Shown here one piece after another: positions 48,114 to 58,672 of a stretch of 64,000 bases of DNA (within the stretch, counting starts at the first letter, position 1; each line of letters begins with the position of its first letter). Source of the stretch: Chloroflexota bacterium (lineage in GTDB: Bacteria; Chloroflexota; UBA11872; VXOZ01); assembly GCA_965221905.1 (NCBI GenBank), contig OZ244922.1, positions 2,112,001 through 2,176,000 on the forward strand. The letters run 5' to 3'. The translations under genes were made by a program, and so were the position numbers. The notes below the pieces were generated by a model that worked only from the letters and a program-made list of their open reading frames with translations, was not told the DNA's origin and did no database searches.

Positions 48114-48421
48114 ACAGCGCATTTGAGCATGATGAGCCGACGTTATGTAGCGCTGGCTGCAATTCGCCGAGTTATAGAATCGAAATCTTCCCGGCGAGAA
48201 TCGAAGCTATCTCAAGGGTTTCCTCATGCATAGATTCTAGCAGCGCAGCGCCGGTAGCGTCAAAGTCCCACTGCAGAAAGGAGAACAACCGAAAATAAAT
48301 GCATCGGTTTGCGCACATGCCGAGGGCTTCCTGTCGGTTGACAGACGGCTTCAACCAAATCTACCATAACAGTTACAGCGACACCGCATGCAAGCTATTC
48401 CTCACGTTCATAATCAAGTGC

Positions 48422-50158
48422 ATGTCTCAGATTGCGGAATCCTCCTCTACGCTCATAGCAGACGTCGGTACCTTCAGCACGCGTATCTCTCTCCTAGAGC
48501 GCGTTGAAGGGGACTTTCGGCTCGCTGGCGCTGCGCATGTGCCTAGCACGATCGATCCTCCGATATCCGATGCGATGCTCGGCGTTTCGCGCGCTCTTGC
48601 GGAACTGGAGCGCACCACAGGATGGTCCGCCGGACAAGAATCCGTCACCAAGCTCGCAGTCACCAGCGTAGGGCTTACCGTTGTTACCAGTGTGCTGAGC
48701 TTGGGCGACAGCCGCACCTTGAATGCGATGCTCGAAACTCTGCAAGCATCGCCCATTACGCCTATAGACATCTTCGACCTCCATAATCGACCGCCCGATG
48801 CCTATCAGTTCGTGTACCAGCGACTCATAGATTCGCCGCTCGATGCGCTCATCATCCTCGGCAGCGATGCCGAGCAAGGTTGGGAGATAGAAATTGCACG
48901 GATTGGCGAAATCATTCGGAACGTGCTCGGCGCGCATCGCAACGCATGGAACGCAACCGTAGTCTTTGTTGGTTCCACGGCTCACGCACAGTTCCTGCGA
49001 ACTTTTCTTGGCGAGCGGGCAATGCTTCATCACATGGAATTGGACCCGGGCCAATCAGAGAGCGCCACCCTTGCCTCTCTCGAAGTCCTTGTGCAGTCGC
49101 TCGCCAAAGAGAGACGCCGGCTTCGGTTGCCGAATTATACAGGATTTGCCGAGTGGGCAGAGACTGATCCAATTGACTATCAGGAAGCCCTGGGCAGTGT
49201 CACCCAGCAGCTAGCACAGCGCTACAGCATTCACGTTCTCTCCTTGGATCTTGGAGCAAGCCACGTTGCTGCGGTTTCGAGCCTACCGAATGGGGATTTG
49301 CGCAGAGTATCTCTGGATGGTTTCGGCACCCTGCGCAGTCCGCAGAATATCCTGATCGAATCCGGTCGCGAGGCCGTTGAGCGCTGGCTGCCGTACGATC
49401 TGGATGAAGACCGGCTAGATAGCTTTCTCTTGCACCGGCTTGCACATCCCGCCGCTCTGCCGACGACGGTCGAGAGCCTTGTCTTGGAGCACGCCTTTGC
49501 GCGGGAAGCCATTCGCAGCGTGGTTGAGCTCATAGACGATCAAACAGTAGACGGGCAGAGAACTGCGCCCTGTGCTACCGCGGATGTGGTAATTGGCTGT
49601 GGCGCAACACTGGGCGGCGCACCGCGGCTGATACAGGCAGTAATGATGATGCTTGACTCCGTACAGCCCACCGGCTTTACGCAATTTGCCCTAGATCGAG
49701 CGGGCTCGCTACCGCTACTGCTGCTCGACAAAGCGATTGAAGAAGGAAATCCCTTTATCGAGCAGGATGTACTCTTGAGTCTCGGCGTTAGCATATCTCC
49801 GACGGGCCGCATGACCGAAAATCGCCCGGCCTTGAGTCTGCGCGTTGGCATTCCTTCTCGTTCTCCTGAGGAGTTTCAACTAAATTTTGGGGCCATGGAG
49901 GTTATTCCATGGGAGGGCGGCGCCGGCTCCAAGCTAGAAGTGTGGCCCGCTACACGGCTCGACCTTGGTGTAGGGCGGGGTCGGGGAGCCGAGCCACGTG
50001 CCAACCTCTATGGCGGCGCACTGGGGCTCATTGTTGACGCGCGCGGGCGCCCTCTCGAGCTTGATGCCAGCAAGGACAAGCGACAGGCTAAGACCCTTGA
50101 GTGGATGCAGACGACGGGGTCGTATCCCACATTGTCTTTCTCTGGGAGATCGAGCTAG
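48422..50158 (+). CDS. Glutamate mutase L (GlmL/MutL)-like protein
   Basis: LIADVGTFSTR...STIDPP..D..LGV..AL.ELE..TG, SLDLGAS, C-terminal GGALGLIVDARGRPL. Confidence 0.7.
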   Translation: MSQIAESSSTLIADVGTFSTRISLLERVEGDFRLAGAAHVPSTIDPPISDAMLGVSRALAELERTTGWSAGQESVTKLAVTSVGLTVVTSVLSLGDSRTLNAMLETLQASPITPIDIFDLHNRPPDAYQFVYQRLIDSPLDALIILGSDAEQGWEIEIARIGEIIRNVLGAHRNAWNATVVFVGSTAHAQFLRTFLGERAMLHHMELDPGQSESATLASLEVLVQSLAKERRRLRLPNYTGFAEWAETDPIDYQEALGSVTQQLAQRYSIHVLSLDLGASHVAAVSSLPNGDLRRVSLDGFGTLRSPQNILIESGREAVERWLPYDLDEDRLDSFLLHRLAHPAALPTTVESLVLEHAFAREAIRSVVELIDDQTVDGQRTAPCATADVVIGCGATLGGAPRLIQAVMMMLDSVQPTGFTQFALDRAGSLPLLLLDKAIEEGNPFIEQDVLLSLGVSISPTGRMTENRPALSLRVGIPSRSPEEFQLNFGAMEVIPWEGGAGSKLEVWPATRLDLGVGRGRGAEPRANLYGGALGLIVDARGRPLELDASKDKRQAKTLEWMQTTGSYPTLSFSGRSS

Positions 50159-50160
50159 CT

Positions 50161-51249
50161 ATGGCAACCATGCTTGCGCTGCGCGGCACGGCGAACCCAC
50201 CGACGCCGACCCCACAGATTGGTCGTTATCTCTTGCGGTTACGTCGGGTTCTGCCAGCCGACGGCGAAATCTCCGTGCAACCCGGGGATAAAGTAGAGCC
50301 ACACACCGTAGTTGGCGCTTGTTCCATAACCCCACAGCGATCTGTGATCGACTTGGCAAGCATGCTGGGTGTCTCTCCTGAGGACGTAGAAAAATCGCTC
50401 GAAGTTGCTCCTGGCGAGCGCTGCTCGGAAGGCGCGCTGATTGCCGCCCGGCGCCGCTTGCTGGGACTGCGCACACGTACAGCAATTGCCCCATTCAGCG
50501 GTCATATCGGCGCGGTCTCTTCACGTAGCGGTCTTGCTTGGTTCGAAGGCGAAAGCCGTGAGGTCCGTTTGCCTGCCGGGCTCTACGGTACCGTCATTGA
50601 CGTTGTACCGCCGCGCGAGGTTGTCATAGAAGCGGACGCGGTAGTTGTGCGCGGCGTGTACGCTGTTGGAGGGGAAGCGTCCGGCAATCTAACCACGGTC
50701 CTTTCCCAAGGGTCCAATAGCGAAGAGCGGCTCATTCTTGTATCCCGCGAGCCGGCTACCGTTGAAGTTATGCGGCGCGCCGCCCAACTTGAAGCCGCCG
50801 CTGTGGTGGCCCCGTCCGCTGCACGCAAGGACATGGCCGTGCTCGGCATGGACCCGCTGGCCCGCCCGACGTCGCATGGGTGGAAAGGCCCGCCGCTCCT
50901 ACTGACGGAAGGTTTCGGCGAGCACCCCATGACGGACACGCTCTGGGAACTCCTTACCGCCCAGCCGGTGCCATGGGCAACTGTGGTTGCTCGACCCGAC
51001 CTGCACGTCTTCCTGCTGATTCTGCCAATTCGTTCGCTCGCGCCGAAAGACGCCTGGACGCGCTTCGGCCCCGGCTCTCGGCTCAAGCGCGCCGGCAAGT
51101 CGGTGGAACCGGGAGAGGTGCGTTTGGACGCCTTCATGCCGTTCCCACTGGCTGTCCCCTCCGGTCTGCGGCTCCCCGCCGCAGAGACCATCGATGCCGA
51201 TGAACGCCGCAGCCGCGTGCCCCTTTCAGAACTGGAGTGGCTGATGTAG
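50161..51249 (+). CDS. Hypothetical GlmL-associated protein with biotinyl/lipoyl-like (barrel-sandwich hybrid) repeats
   Basis: RRVLP..GEISVQPGDKV, VAPGE...G.LIA, APFSGHI, LLTEGFG; begins 2 nt after the GlmL-like stop. Confidence 0.7.
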   Translation: MATMLALRGTANPPTPTPQIGRYLLRLRRVLPADGEISVQPGDKVEPHTVVGACSITPQRSVIDLASMLGVSPEDVEKSLEVAPGERCSEGALIAARRRLLGLRTRTAIAPFSGHIGAVSSRSGLAWFEGESREVRLPAGLYGTVIDVVPPREVVIEADAVVVRGVYAVGGEASGNLTTVLSQGSNSEERLILVSREPATVEVMRRAAQLEAAAVVAPSAARKDMAVLGMDPLARPTSHGWKGPPLLLTEGFGEHPMTDTLWELLTAQPVPWATVVARPDLHVFLLILPIRSLAPKDAWTRFGPGSRLKRAGKSVEPGEVRLDAFMPFPLAVPSGLRLPAAETIDADERRSRVPLSELEWLM

Positions 51250-51659
51250 CCCTGACTGTGGCACGTTGTGCTCAGTTAGGATTGGTCGCCATTTCCATCT
51301 CGTAGGGTTTTCTTACCCAGAACTATCCTCTTGCCGTGGGTCTCCCCAGCTATCTGCCAATACTGCGCAGCAGAGCGCAACCACTTTGCAGTTATAACAC
51401 ATATCTGTTATAGTAACGTATATCTGTACTATATCTATAGATGCTATTAGGCAGTAGCTCTGTATTACTTCAATTAAGTTGACATGCAAGATCGGCAGAA
51501 CAGTTAAGTGAAACGCCACCGCTGTGCGCGTGTTGAGAGCTTCAGATGTTGCAAAGGAAGATAGCAATCGACACATCTGCCAGCTCCAAGGAAACGAACT
51601 CGCATTGCTACTGCTCGTAAATATGAAGAAGCAATGTATTCGGGATGACTTGACCCACA

Positions 51660-54600
51660 GTGGCAAGCCGAAGTCACCTATATTCCTTGGTCCGATTCTG
51701 CCTGGCTGCCATGCTTGCTTGGCTCGCATCCGTTCAGGCCACACGCGCGGACGGCTCCGTCGTCATCAACGAAATCTCACCGGGCGACGTCGCTGGAACG
51801 TCCAGTTGGATTGAGCTGCACAATACTAGCGACTCTGAGACCGCTGAAATGGGCTTTTGGCGGCTTGACGCTGAGAGTGAATCTGCCGAGAACTCCCACT
51901 ACATCTCACTCGACGCTGCCATTCCTCCGGGCGGATACCTCGTATTTGAGCGCACCACGACGCAGCTGACAATTGCCCGAAGCGGCACTATTCGCCTCTT
52001 GGATCTCGACGAGACTGTAGTGGATCAGACCGACTATACGGTTACTGAAGGCGGTGTAGCAATTGCACGGATTCCGGATGGCTCGTCTAACTGGGTGGTT
52101 GTTTCAAAATCGACTAAGGGATCATCGAACGCAGTTTCTACACCAACACCGACCCCGACACCCACACCATCGCCTACGCCGTTGCCTACGCCGTTGCCTA
52201 CACCCACTCAAACGCCTACACCGACCCCAACACCCACACCATTGCCAACACCCATACCATCTCCTACGCCCACACCTACACCGTCGCCTACGCCGACCCC
52301 GACACCGTCGCCCACACCCACACCATCGCCAACACCCATACCATCTCCTACGCCGACCCCGACACTGTCGCCTACACCCACACCATCTCCTACGCCGACC
52401 CCGACACTGTCGCCTACACCCACACCATCGCCAACATCCATACCATTACCTACACCGTCGCCAACGTCCACACCATCACCTACACCTACACCATCGCCAA
52501 CGCCTACACCTACGCCGTTGCCTACTCCAACCCCTACGCCAACACCCACACCGACACCAATGCCGCTTCCCACACCCAACAGTTCAATCGTCATCAACGA
52601 AATCTTTTCTCTGCATGCCAGGCAGGTCCAAGCCGAAGCTCTTCTCAACCGCGGTCTTGCCCGATTTGCTTTCAATTCAATTGGGAAGCAAGTCAATGAA
52701 TCACAGGGCTGGGTCGAGTTCTATAACAATGGATCTTCTACCGTGGACGTGAGCCAATGGTTCCTGGATATCGGTGAAGACACCGGCGACAGGCCTTACC
52801 AAATTCCGATCGGCACCAAAATCGCACCTGGCGCATTCTTGGTCTTTAAGGAAGCAACGACTATATTTCGCATATTTCAGCGGGGCAGAATTCGTCTCCT
52901 TGATCTCTACGGCACAATTGTCGATGAGCACGACTATGACACCAATGGGGCCACGGGAATTGCGCGAATGCCGGATGGTGCGGATAGCTGGGTAGTCGCA
53001 TCGGCGCCGACTAAGGGAGAGCCAAACATTGTGCCATCCCCCACTCCATCGCCAACACCAACCCCGACACCCTTGCCGACACCGAGGCCTGCCCCCAAGC
53101 CGCCCCCACCCACTCCGTCGCCACATCCGACACCGCCTCTGCCGCTGTCGCTTCGCATAACGGAGGTCTACTACGATGGGCAAGTCTCTCGGACAGAGGG
53201 CGATGAATTCATCGAGATCCAGAACCAAGGTACTGCCTTGGCGCATCTGGCTCAAGTGCGCGTCTTGGTGAAGAGCGAGCAGGCCGATAGTCCCGTTGTT
53301 TACGGCTTCTACGCCGACAATGTGCTCTCGCCGGGAGACATCTTTGTTATTGCAAAGAATGCCCGTCAATTCGAGGAGCAATTCGGCTTTCGCCCAAGTT
53401 TTGAAGCCCGTTTCTCGGGAACCGGCTATGAAGATACGGAAAACGTGCGCAACATGCTCCATGAGCGTGAATCGTCGCGGCGCACGTGGGCATTGGCCAA
53501 TACAGGCGCTGTTGTAGCCTTGATCGGCGATCACGGTACGGTCATCGATGCCGTAGCTTACGGCCATGATCCCGGCGGGTACCTTGGTCTACAGGGCGAC
53601 TATCCATCCGCGTCCGGCGGTCAGTCACTCCTGCGTGTGTCTACTGTGGGCGTGAGCGGACGCATGCCATCGGCCTTACGGGCAGATACACCTTCACCGG
53701 GCATCGTCCCGCCATCTCCCACCCCTACTCTTCCCACTCCCACACCGATACCTTTGCCTTTACCGACGCCGAGGCCTGCCCCCAAGCCGCCCCCGCCCAC
53801 TCCGTCGCCACACCCGACACCGCCTCTGCCGCAGTCTCTGCGCATAACGGAAATCTACTACGATGGGCAGGTCCCTCGGACAGAGGGTGATGAGTTCATC
53901 GAGATCCAGAACCAAGGTACGACTTTAGCGTACCTGGCTCGAGTGCGCGTTTTGGTGAAGAGCGGGCAAGCCGATAGTCCCGTTGTTTACGGCTTCTACG
54001 CCGACAATGTGCTCTCGCCGGGAGACATCTTTGTTATTGCAAAGAATGCCCGTCAATTCGAGGAAAAATTCGGCTTTCGACCGAGTTTTGAAGCCCGTTT
54101 TTCGGGAACCGGCTATGAAGATACGGAAAACGTGCGAAACATGCTCCATGAGCGGGATACGTCGCGGCGCACGTGGGCATTGGCCAATACGGGCGCCGTA
54201 GTGGCCTTGATCGGCGATCACGGTACGGTCATCGATGCCGTTGCTTACGGCCATGATCCCGGCGGGTACTTTGGTCTACAGGGCGACTATCCATCCGCGT
54301 CCGGCGGTCAATCACTCCTGCGTGTGTCTACCGTGGGCGTGAGCGGGCGCATGCCGTCGGCTTTACGCGCAGATACACCTTCACCGGGCATCGTCCCGCC
54401 ATCTCCCACCCCTACTCTTCCCCCGCCCACACCGATACCCTTGCCTTTACCGACGCCCATTACGCCCACGCCTTCACCGACGCCTTCGCCAACACCGACG
54501 CCAGTTCCCCCTTCGCCTACTCCGACGCCTTTGCCTACTTCGACGCCTTCGCCAACACCGGCGCCTATTCCTCCCACACCATCACCGACGCCTTCGCCAA

Positions 54601-55289
54601 CGCCCATTCCTCCCACTCCAACGGCAACAGTCCTGCAGTGCCTGACAGAATTTCCGAGTCAGGAGCCGACGCGGCTGGTGCGCGTGGTTGGCACTGTGAC
54701 GGAGATCCGTGAAATGCCGCAAGAAATTCGCGTCTACCTTGCCGACGATTGCGGTGGCGCCGTTTTGCATTTGGCGGTAGATGCTTCGGCTCCTCCGGTC
54801 GGCAGCCAAATCCGGGTTACTGCCCTAGGCTCACTAAGGAATTTGCAGATCGATCTCTATGTTGCGCCTGAAACCAGACTTGAGTTCCTGCCGGGGACGT
54901 CTCAACCACAGGCAATCCCCTTCATGCAGGCAATGCTCCAACGTGCGCTAACCGGGACGCGGGTTCGGTCGGCGGGCAACATCACGCAAACTACTGACAT
55001 CACAGTGGATGAGATCTATGATTCTGTTGCCAGCTATGTCAGGCTTGACCCTCACGCGCAAGCAGTCCCAATTGGCCCTGTGGTTTTCTACGGCATCCTT
55101 GAATGGCGCGAAACGGTGCCATTGCTCCGCGTACACTACGTCGTTCCCGCGAAAGCACGCATATCTACGCTCTGGGAGAGTTTTCAGGACTGGCGAGTGA
55201 CACGCATCGCCGCGCAGTACGTGCGTGACACCGTCAACGCTCTAATCATGCGATCACTTACCCGCGGCAGAAGCACCTCTTTGCCATGA
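51660..55289 (+). CDS. Secreted lamin-tail-domain protein with Pro/Thr linkers and a C-terminal OB-like region
   Basis: Signal peptide (..ASVQATRA-D), four LTD-like units (VVINEI..WIELHN, IVINEI..WVEFYN, 2x LRITE.YYDG..EFIEIQN), long (PT/PS)n tracts. Confidence 0.82.
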   Translation: MASRSHLYSLVRFCLAAMLAWLASVQATRADGSVVINEISPGDVAGTSSWIELHNTSDSETAEMGFWRLDAESESAENSHYISLDAAIPPGGYLVFERTTTQLTIARSGTIRLLDLDETVVDQTDYTVTEGGVAIARIPDGSSNWVVVSKSTKGSSNAVSTPTPTPTPTPSPTPLPTPLPTPTQTPTPTPTPTPLPTPIPSPTPTPTPSPTPTPTPSPTPTPSPTPIPSPTPTPTLSPTPTPSPTPTPTLSPTPTPSPTSIPLPTPSPTSTPSPTPTPSPTPTPTPLPTPTPTPTPTPTPMPLPTPNSSIVINEIFSLHARQVQAEALLNRGLARFAFNSIGKQVNESQGWVEFYNNGSSTVDVSQWFLDIGEDTGDRPYQIPIGTKIAPGAFLVFKEATTIFRIFQRGRIRLLDLYGTIVDEHDYDTNGATGIARMPDGADSWVVASAPTKGEPNIVPSPTPSPTPTPTPLPTPRPAPKPPPPTPSPHPTPPLPLSLRITEVYYDGQVSRTEGDEFIEIQNQGTALAHLAQVRVLVKSEQADSPVVYGFYADNVLSPGDIFVIAKNARQFEEQFGFRPSFEARFSGTGYEDTENVRNMLHERESSRRTWALANTGAVVALIGDHGTVIDAVAYGHDPGGYLGLQGDYPSASGGQSLLRVSTVGVSGRMPSALRADTPSPGIVPPSPTPTLPTPTPIPLPLPTPRPAPKPPPPTPSPHPTPPLPQSLRITEIYYDGQVPRTEGDEFIEIQNQGTTLAYLARVRVLVKSGQADSPVVYGFYADNVLSPGDIFVIAKNARQFEEKFGFRPSFEARFSGTGYEDTENVRNMLHERDTSRRTWALANTGAVVALIGDHGTVIDAVAYGHDPGGYFGLQGDYPSASGGQSLLRVSTVGVSGRMPSALRADTPSPGIVPPSPTPTLPPPTPIPLPLPTPITPTPSPTPSPTPTPVPPSPTPTPLPTSTPSPTPAPIPPTPSPTPSPTPIPPTPTATVLQCLTEFPSQEPTRLVRVVGTVTEIREMPQEIRVYLADDCGGAVLHLAVDASAPPVGSQIRVTALGSLRNLQIDLYVAPETRLEFLPGTSQPQAIPFMQAMLQRALTGTRVRSAGNITQTTDITVDEIYDSVASYVRLDPHAQAVPIGPVVFYGILEWRETVPLLRVHYVVPAKARISTLWESFQDWRVTRIAAQYVRDTVNALIMRSLTRGRSTSLP
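52136..52580 (+). repeat. Low-complexity Pro-Thr/Ser coding repeat tract
   Basis: Repeated ccN-acN codons, e.g. ccatctcctacgccgacccc recurring. Confidence 0.9.
53070..54455 (+). repeat. Tandem intragenic duplication, period 687 bp (229 aa)
   Basis: ccgaggcctgcccccaagccgccccc at 53082 and 53769; near-identical LTD units follow each copy. Confidence 0.92.
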
Positions 55290-55547
55290 AGAGCGAAGCT
55301 CACACCATTAACTCCACGTGAGGGCTCTGTCTGGGAAACGCGCACCCACGGCATGCCTGGCGCAGCCTGGCCAGGCGGCCATATGTGTCTAAGAGGAAGT
55401 GGGGACACGACCGGCAACTCTGCCGCTAGAGTTTTGTTCGCTCGTCGCTAGATTCGTACGAAGCCAGCAACCAACGTCTGTCGGGATCTACCGCATAGGA
55501 ATGCAAGCGATAGCGGACGACAGGGGAGCGCACGATTGGCGAGTTCT

Positions 55548-56300
55548 CTAGCTGGTGGGGGCGAGGAGGCGCTTTGCGTTCAAATGTGCAATAGCCTCCT
55601 TGTCAGCACAGGAAATCTTCGCCTTTTCCAGCTTGGCAATGCCGCACGCAGGATACTGAATCGGAACACCGACGCCGAGCAACACCCGTTGCGCATCAGC
55701 CGCTGAGACCAATTGCGCAATGGCGCCGAGGCCCTGGAGGCATGAGGTCTCCAGCCAGAGATTTGGATTGGCGTTCTGCAGACGAATGCCATTCCAAGAC
55801 TCTTCGCCATAGTTCAGTCCATGGAGCACGAATTGTACACCCGGGTATTGGGCAAAGAGGTATTCGTAGGCACCAATGGAAGCAACCGGGAACGACCAAT
55901 CCATGATGGCACGCACTACCAGTGTAACGATCAATCCACTAGCTTCGGCCGCGGCGCACAACGGCTCAAGCTGCTGCGGCAAGGTGTTGGAATGCATGCT
56001 GGGATAGCAGCGCACGCCTCTTGCGCCGCTGTCCGCATAATTGCTCAACAGGTCGGTATTGCCGGGCTGTGTACTGTCTATCGTTACAAATGGAATGAGT
56101 CGGCCGTTGGATGCTGCAGCCGCTTGGAGGATTTCATCATTTCCAAGACGCCAATCGGATTGCAGAGCCCTGGTCGAGCCCACTACCGCGCATTCAATGC
56201 CATGCGAGTCCATGAGCGCGATTACATCAGCCGCGGTACGCTCCTTGAGAGGCCAATATCCCCAAGCACCGACGAACCCGGACACGTCCCAAACTGTCAT
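55548..56300 (-). CDS. Amidohydrolase-2 family protein with degenerate metal ligands
   Basis: TIM-barrel pattern like its neighbour, but DVSGF replaces DxHxH and GVG replaces GTD. Confidence 0.78.
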   Translation of the reverse strand: MTVWDVSGFVGAWGYWPLKERTAADVIALMDSHGIECAVVGSTRALQSDWRLGNDEILQAAAASNGRLIPFVTIDSTQPGNTDLLSNYADSGARGVRCYPSMHSNTLPQQLEPLCAAAEASGLIVTLVVRAIMDWSFPVASIGAYEYLFAQYPGVQFVLHGLNYGEESWNGIRLQNANPNLWLETSCLQGLGAIAQLVSAADAQRVLLGVGVPIQYPACGIAKLEKAKISCADKEAIAHLNAKRLLAPTS

Positions 56301-56324
56301 TGTGCTATCCGTCCCCTCTTGCCG

Positions 56325-57062
56325 CTATGCTTTGAGCGCCAACATACGCGCCATATTGCCGCCAAATATCAAGTCTTTGTCGTGCTGGCTAATGGCGGCC
56401 CCGCTGACACGCGCCATCTGCACGCTTACCTCTAGCAGCGGCATGTCTGTACCGAAGATAACGCGCTCCGGGCCGATGCGTTCTATTGTGTACTCTAACG
56501 AGCCGTTGTTGACCGCGCTGCTTGCGGTTTCCAGCAAGAGTGAAGGATTGCGTTCCGCAGCCTGCACCGCGCGCATCCAGTCGCCCCTCGCCAGCGCCGT
56601 GTTGCCTGAGTGCGCCATCATGAGGAATGCCTCCGGCACCCGCGAGGCCATTACCTCGCACTCTTCGGCCGTGGAGTGCGCCAGAATCGGCATGCGATGC
56701 GAGGCCGCCCGTTCCAGCACAGGAAAGACCGAAGGGCGCACCAAGGGAATCATCGGATATGAGTAGATCTTGATTCCCCGCATGCCATACTCGTGCACAC
56801 AGCGGTCGATTTCCTCCAGCGCGCCATTGTCGAAGTTCATCGTTGGAATGCTGACGTAACCCAGAATTCTGTCCGGGTGCTGACGCACCGCTTTGCCCAA
56901 GGCGTCATTCCCTTCGCGCATGTCGTGTACGAGCGCCGTAAAGTCGGTCACGAAGAGCTTGTCGATGCCGTTCTCATCCGCGAGCCGGAGCAGATCATCT
57001 ACATTCGCGCTAAAGTTATACGCAGTGGAGACCCCAACGTGCACGTGTGCATCAATTATCAT
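56325..57062 (-). CDS. Amidohydrolase-2 family metal-dependent hydrolase
   Basis: IIDAHVH, GIKI, ILAHS, MAHSG, FGTDMP. Confidence 0.88.
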   Translation of the reverse strand: MIIDAHVHVGVSTAYNFSANVDDLLRLADENGIDKLFVTDFTALVHDMREGNDALGKAVRQHPDRILGYVSIPTMNFDNGALEEIDRCVHEYGMRGIKIYSYPMIPLVRPSVFPVLERAASHRMPILAHSTAEECEVMASRVPEAFLMMAHSGNTALARGDWMRAVQAAERNPSLLLETASSAVNNGSLEYTIERIGPERVIFGTDMPLLEVSVQMARVSGAAISQHDKDLIFGGNMARMLALKA

Positions 57063-57247
57063 TGCATTCTTCTCCTTGTGGGAATAGGCTAGCAGAGCTT
57101 ATTCCGCAGCGCAAGAATCCCTGCCCGGCTGGTTCCGGTATACTGTATTGCGGGTCTTGCAGGCGACAAGCACGCAGATCTATCCAAAATCGTTGGCTGC
57201 AAGATCATCGAATAGTATATCGTGCATAACAAAGGTGAAAGAAAGCC

Positions 57248-58066
57248 ATGAAGAAAGCAGTCTGCGGCAACTGCTTCGGAAGAGACATTCCCCTTGTCGA
57301 TGCGATGAGTATGGCAAAGGCAGCAGGATTTGAGGGCATCGAACCGAGCCTTACGATGGACGGGCCGATATCCACGGATTCATCGGAGGATGACCTAAAG
57401 CGAATTCGCGATCATGCGGAGCAAACGGTCGAAATCCATGGACTCATGGGAGGGCAACCGATTCGCAGCGCGCCGCTGACCACAATAGACAAGGACCAAA
57501 TCAGGCAAGGCGTTGAAAACATCGCGAAGACCCTGCGGGTGGTAAAGATTCTTGGCGGCACCAGCCTCTTGGTTGTACCTGGTACCGTGAGTAAGGACGT
57601 ACGCTACGACATCGCGTACGAAGGCACGTTGGAAGGATTGAAGCAAGTTGCGCCCATCGCCGAGGATTTGCAGATTTCGGTTGCGGTAGAGAACGTCTGG
57701 AATAAGTTTCTGCTGTCGCCTCTGGAGATGCGTAACTTGATCGACGAGGTGAACAGCCCGTACGTGGGCTGCTATTTTGACGTAGGGAATTTCCTGGGGT
57801 GGGCCATCCCGCAGCATTGGATCGAAATCTTGGCCCATCGCATTAAGAAGGTACATGTGAAAGACTTCAAGGTTGACGTTGGCAACCGGCACGGTTTCGT
57901 GACGCTCTTGCAAGGGGACGTTGACTGGAAGGCAGTGCGACATTCACTCCGCGCCATAGGGTATAATAGTTATCTGTCCGCCGAGATACCGCTTCATGAC
58001 ACGTTCCCCGAGAAAAGTCTTCTTGACATTAGTACCAGCCTAGATACTATCATTGCCAGCGCGTAG
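57248..58066 (+). CDS. Sugar phosphate isomerase/epimerase (xylose isomerase-like TIM barrel)
   Basis: GFEGIE, VENVWNKFLLSPLE, YFDVGN, VHVKDF, GDVDW. Confidence 0.9.
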   Translation: MKKAVCGNCFGRDIPLVDAMSMAKAAGFEGIEPSLTMDGPISTDSSEDDLKRIRDHAEQTVEIHGLMGGQPIRSAPLTTIDKDQIRQGVENIAKTLRVVKILGGTSLLVVPGTVSKDVRYDIAYEGTLEGLKQVAPIAEDLQISVAVENVWNKFLLSPLEMRNLIDEVNSPYVGCYFDVGNFLGWAIPQHWIEILAHRIKKVHVKDFKVDVGNRHGFVTLLQGDVDWKAVRHSLRAIGYNSYLSAEIPLHDTFPEKSLLDISTSLDTIIASA

Positions 58067-58105
58067 ACTTCGCTAGCGCGTAGACTTCGCTAGCGCACAG
58101 ACTTC
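58058..58105 (+). repeat. 17-bp tandem repeat (about 2.8 copies) overlapping a stop codon
   Basis: AGCGCGTAGACTTCGCT x2 + AGCGCACAGACTTC. Confidence 0.85.
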
Positions 58106-58306
58106 CGCAGGTCATTCAGTCTCTCGATTTGCAAGGCACAGTATTGTTGTCAGAGTCGCATGCACCGAATGTTCTCGCACATGACTCTGTGCGCAACCTG
58201 ACCTTCAAATCGGAATGTCGCCTCCAGGGTACGTTGTTAGGGGCGCGAACGTATCCTGGTGGGCGGCATTGATCTAAGACTGCTCTGAGAAGACCGAGTT
58301 CAATGG

Positions 58307-58672
58307 CTATTGCGCCCGGATGATCTTGCCATCCGGGTCAAGTTCCACTATTCGAAATGCCCTACCCGCGCGATAAGACTGGCATTGATTCTCGGGCACA
58401 TCGTCCACCGGCTGACGCGGCGTATGCACGATGTCGGCTACCCACCCATCCATCAGGTTTTCCGTGAGGCAAGGGCCGGCGGAAAAGTCTACCCCATCCG
58501 CCTTCTTCTGCGCGTAAAGCGCTTGAGCAAGGACAATGGCGCGCTCACGCTCTTCTACTAAGTCCTCACCCGAGCTTGCAAGACGCACCAGCACAAAGAC
58601 AAAAAGCAATACGAGCGCAAACGCAATGATAAGTGGCAGTATGCGGTAACGAAAAACGTCACTTACCCGCAT
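58307..58672 (-). CDS. Membrane-anchored hypothetical protein
   Basis: N-terminal TM, GPCL...WVADIVH.PR..VD..PENQC; overlaps the sulfatase stop. Confidence 0.7.
   Translation of the reverse strand: MRVSDVFRYRILPLIIAFALVLLFVFVLVRLASSGEDLVEERERAIVLAQALYAQKKADGVDFSAGPCLTENLMDGWVADIVHTPRQPVDDVPENQCQSYRAGRAFRIVELDPDGKIIRAQ

Noticed and set aside
52063-52752. His/Arg/Pro-rich and Gly-Val-rich ORFs; CRISPR-like appearance
   Set aside because: Alternative frames of the Pro-Thr linker; no repeat-spacer architecture and no cas genes
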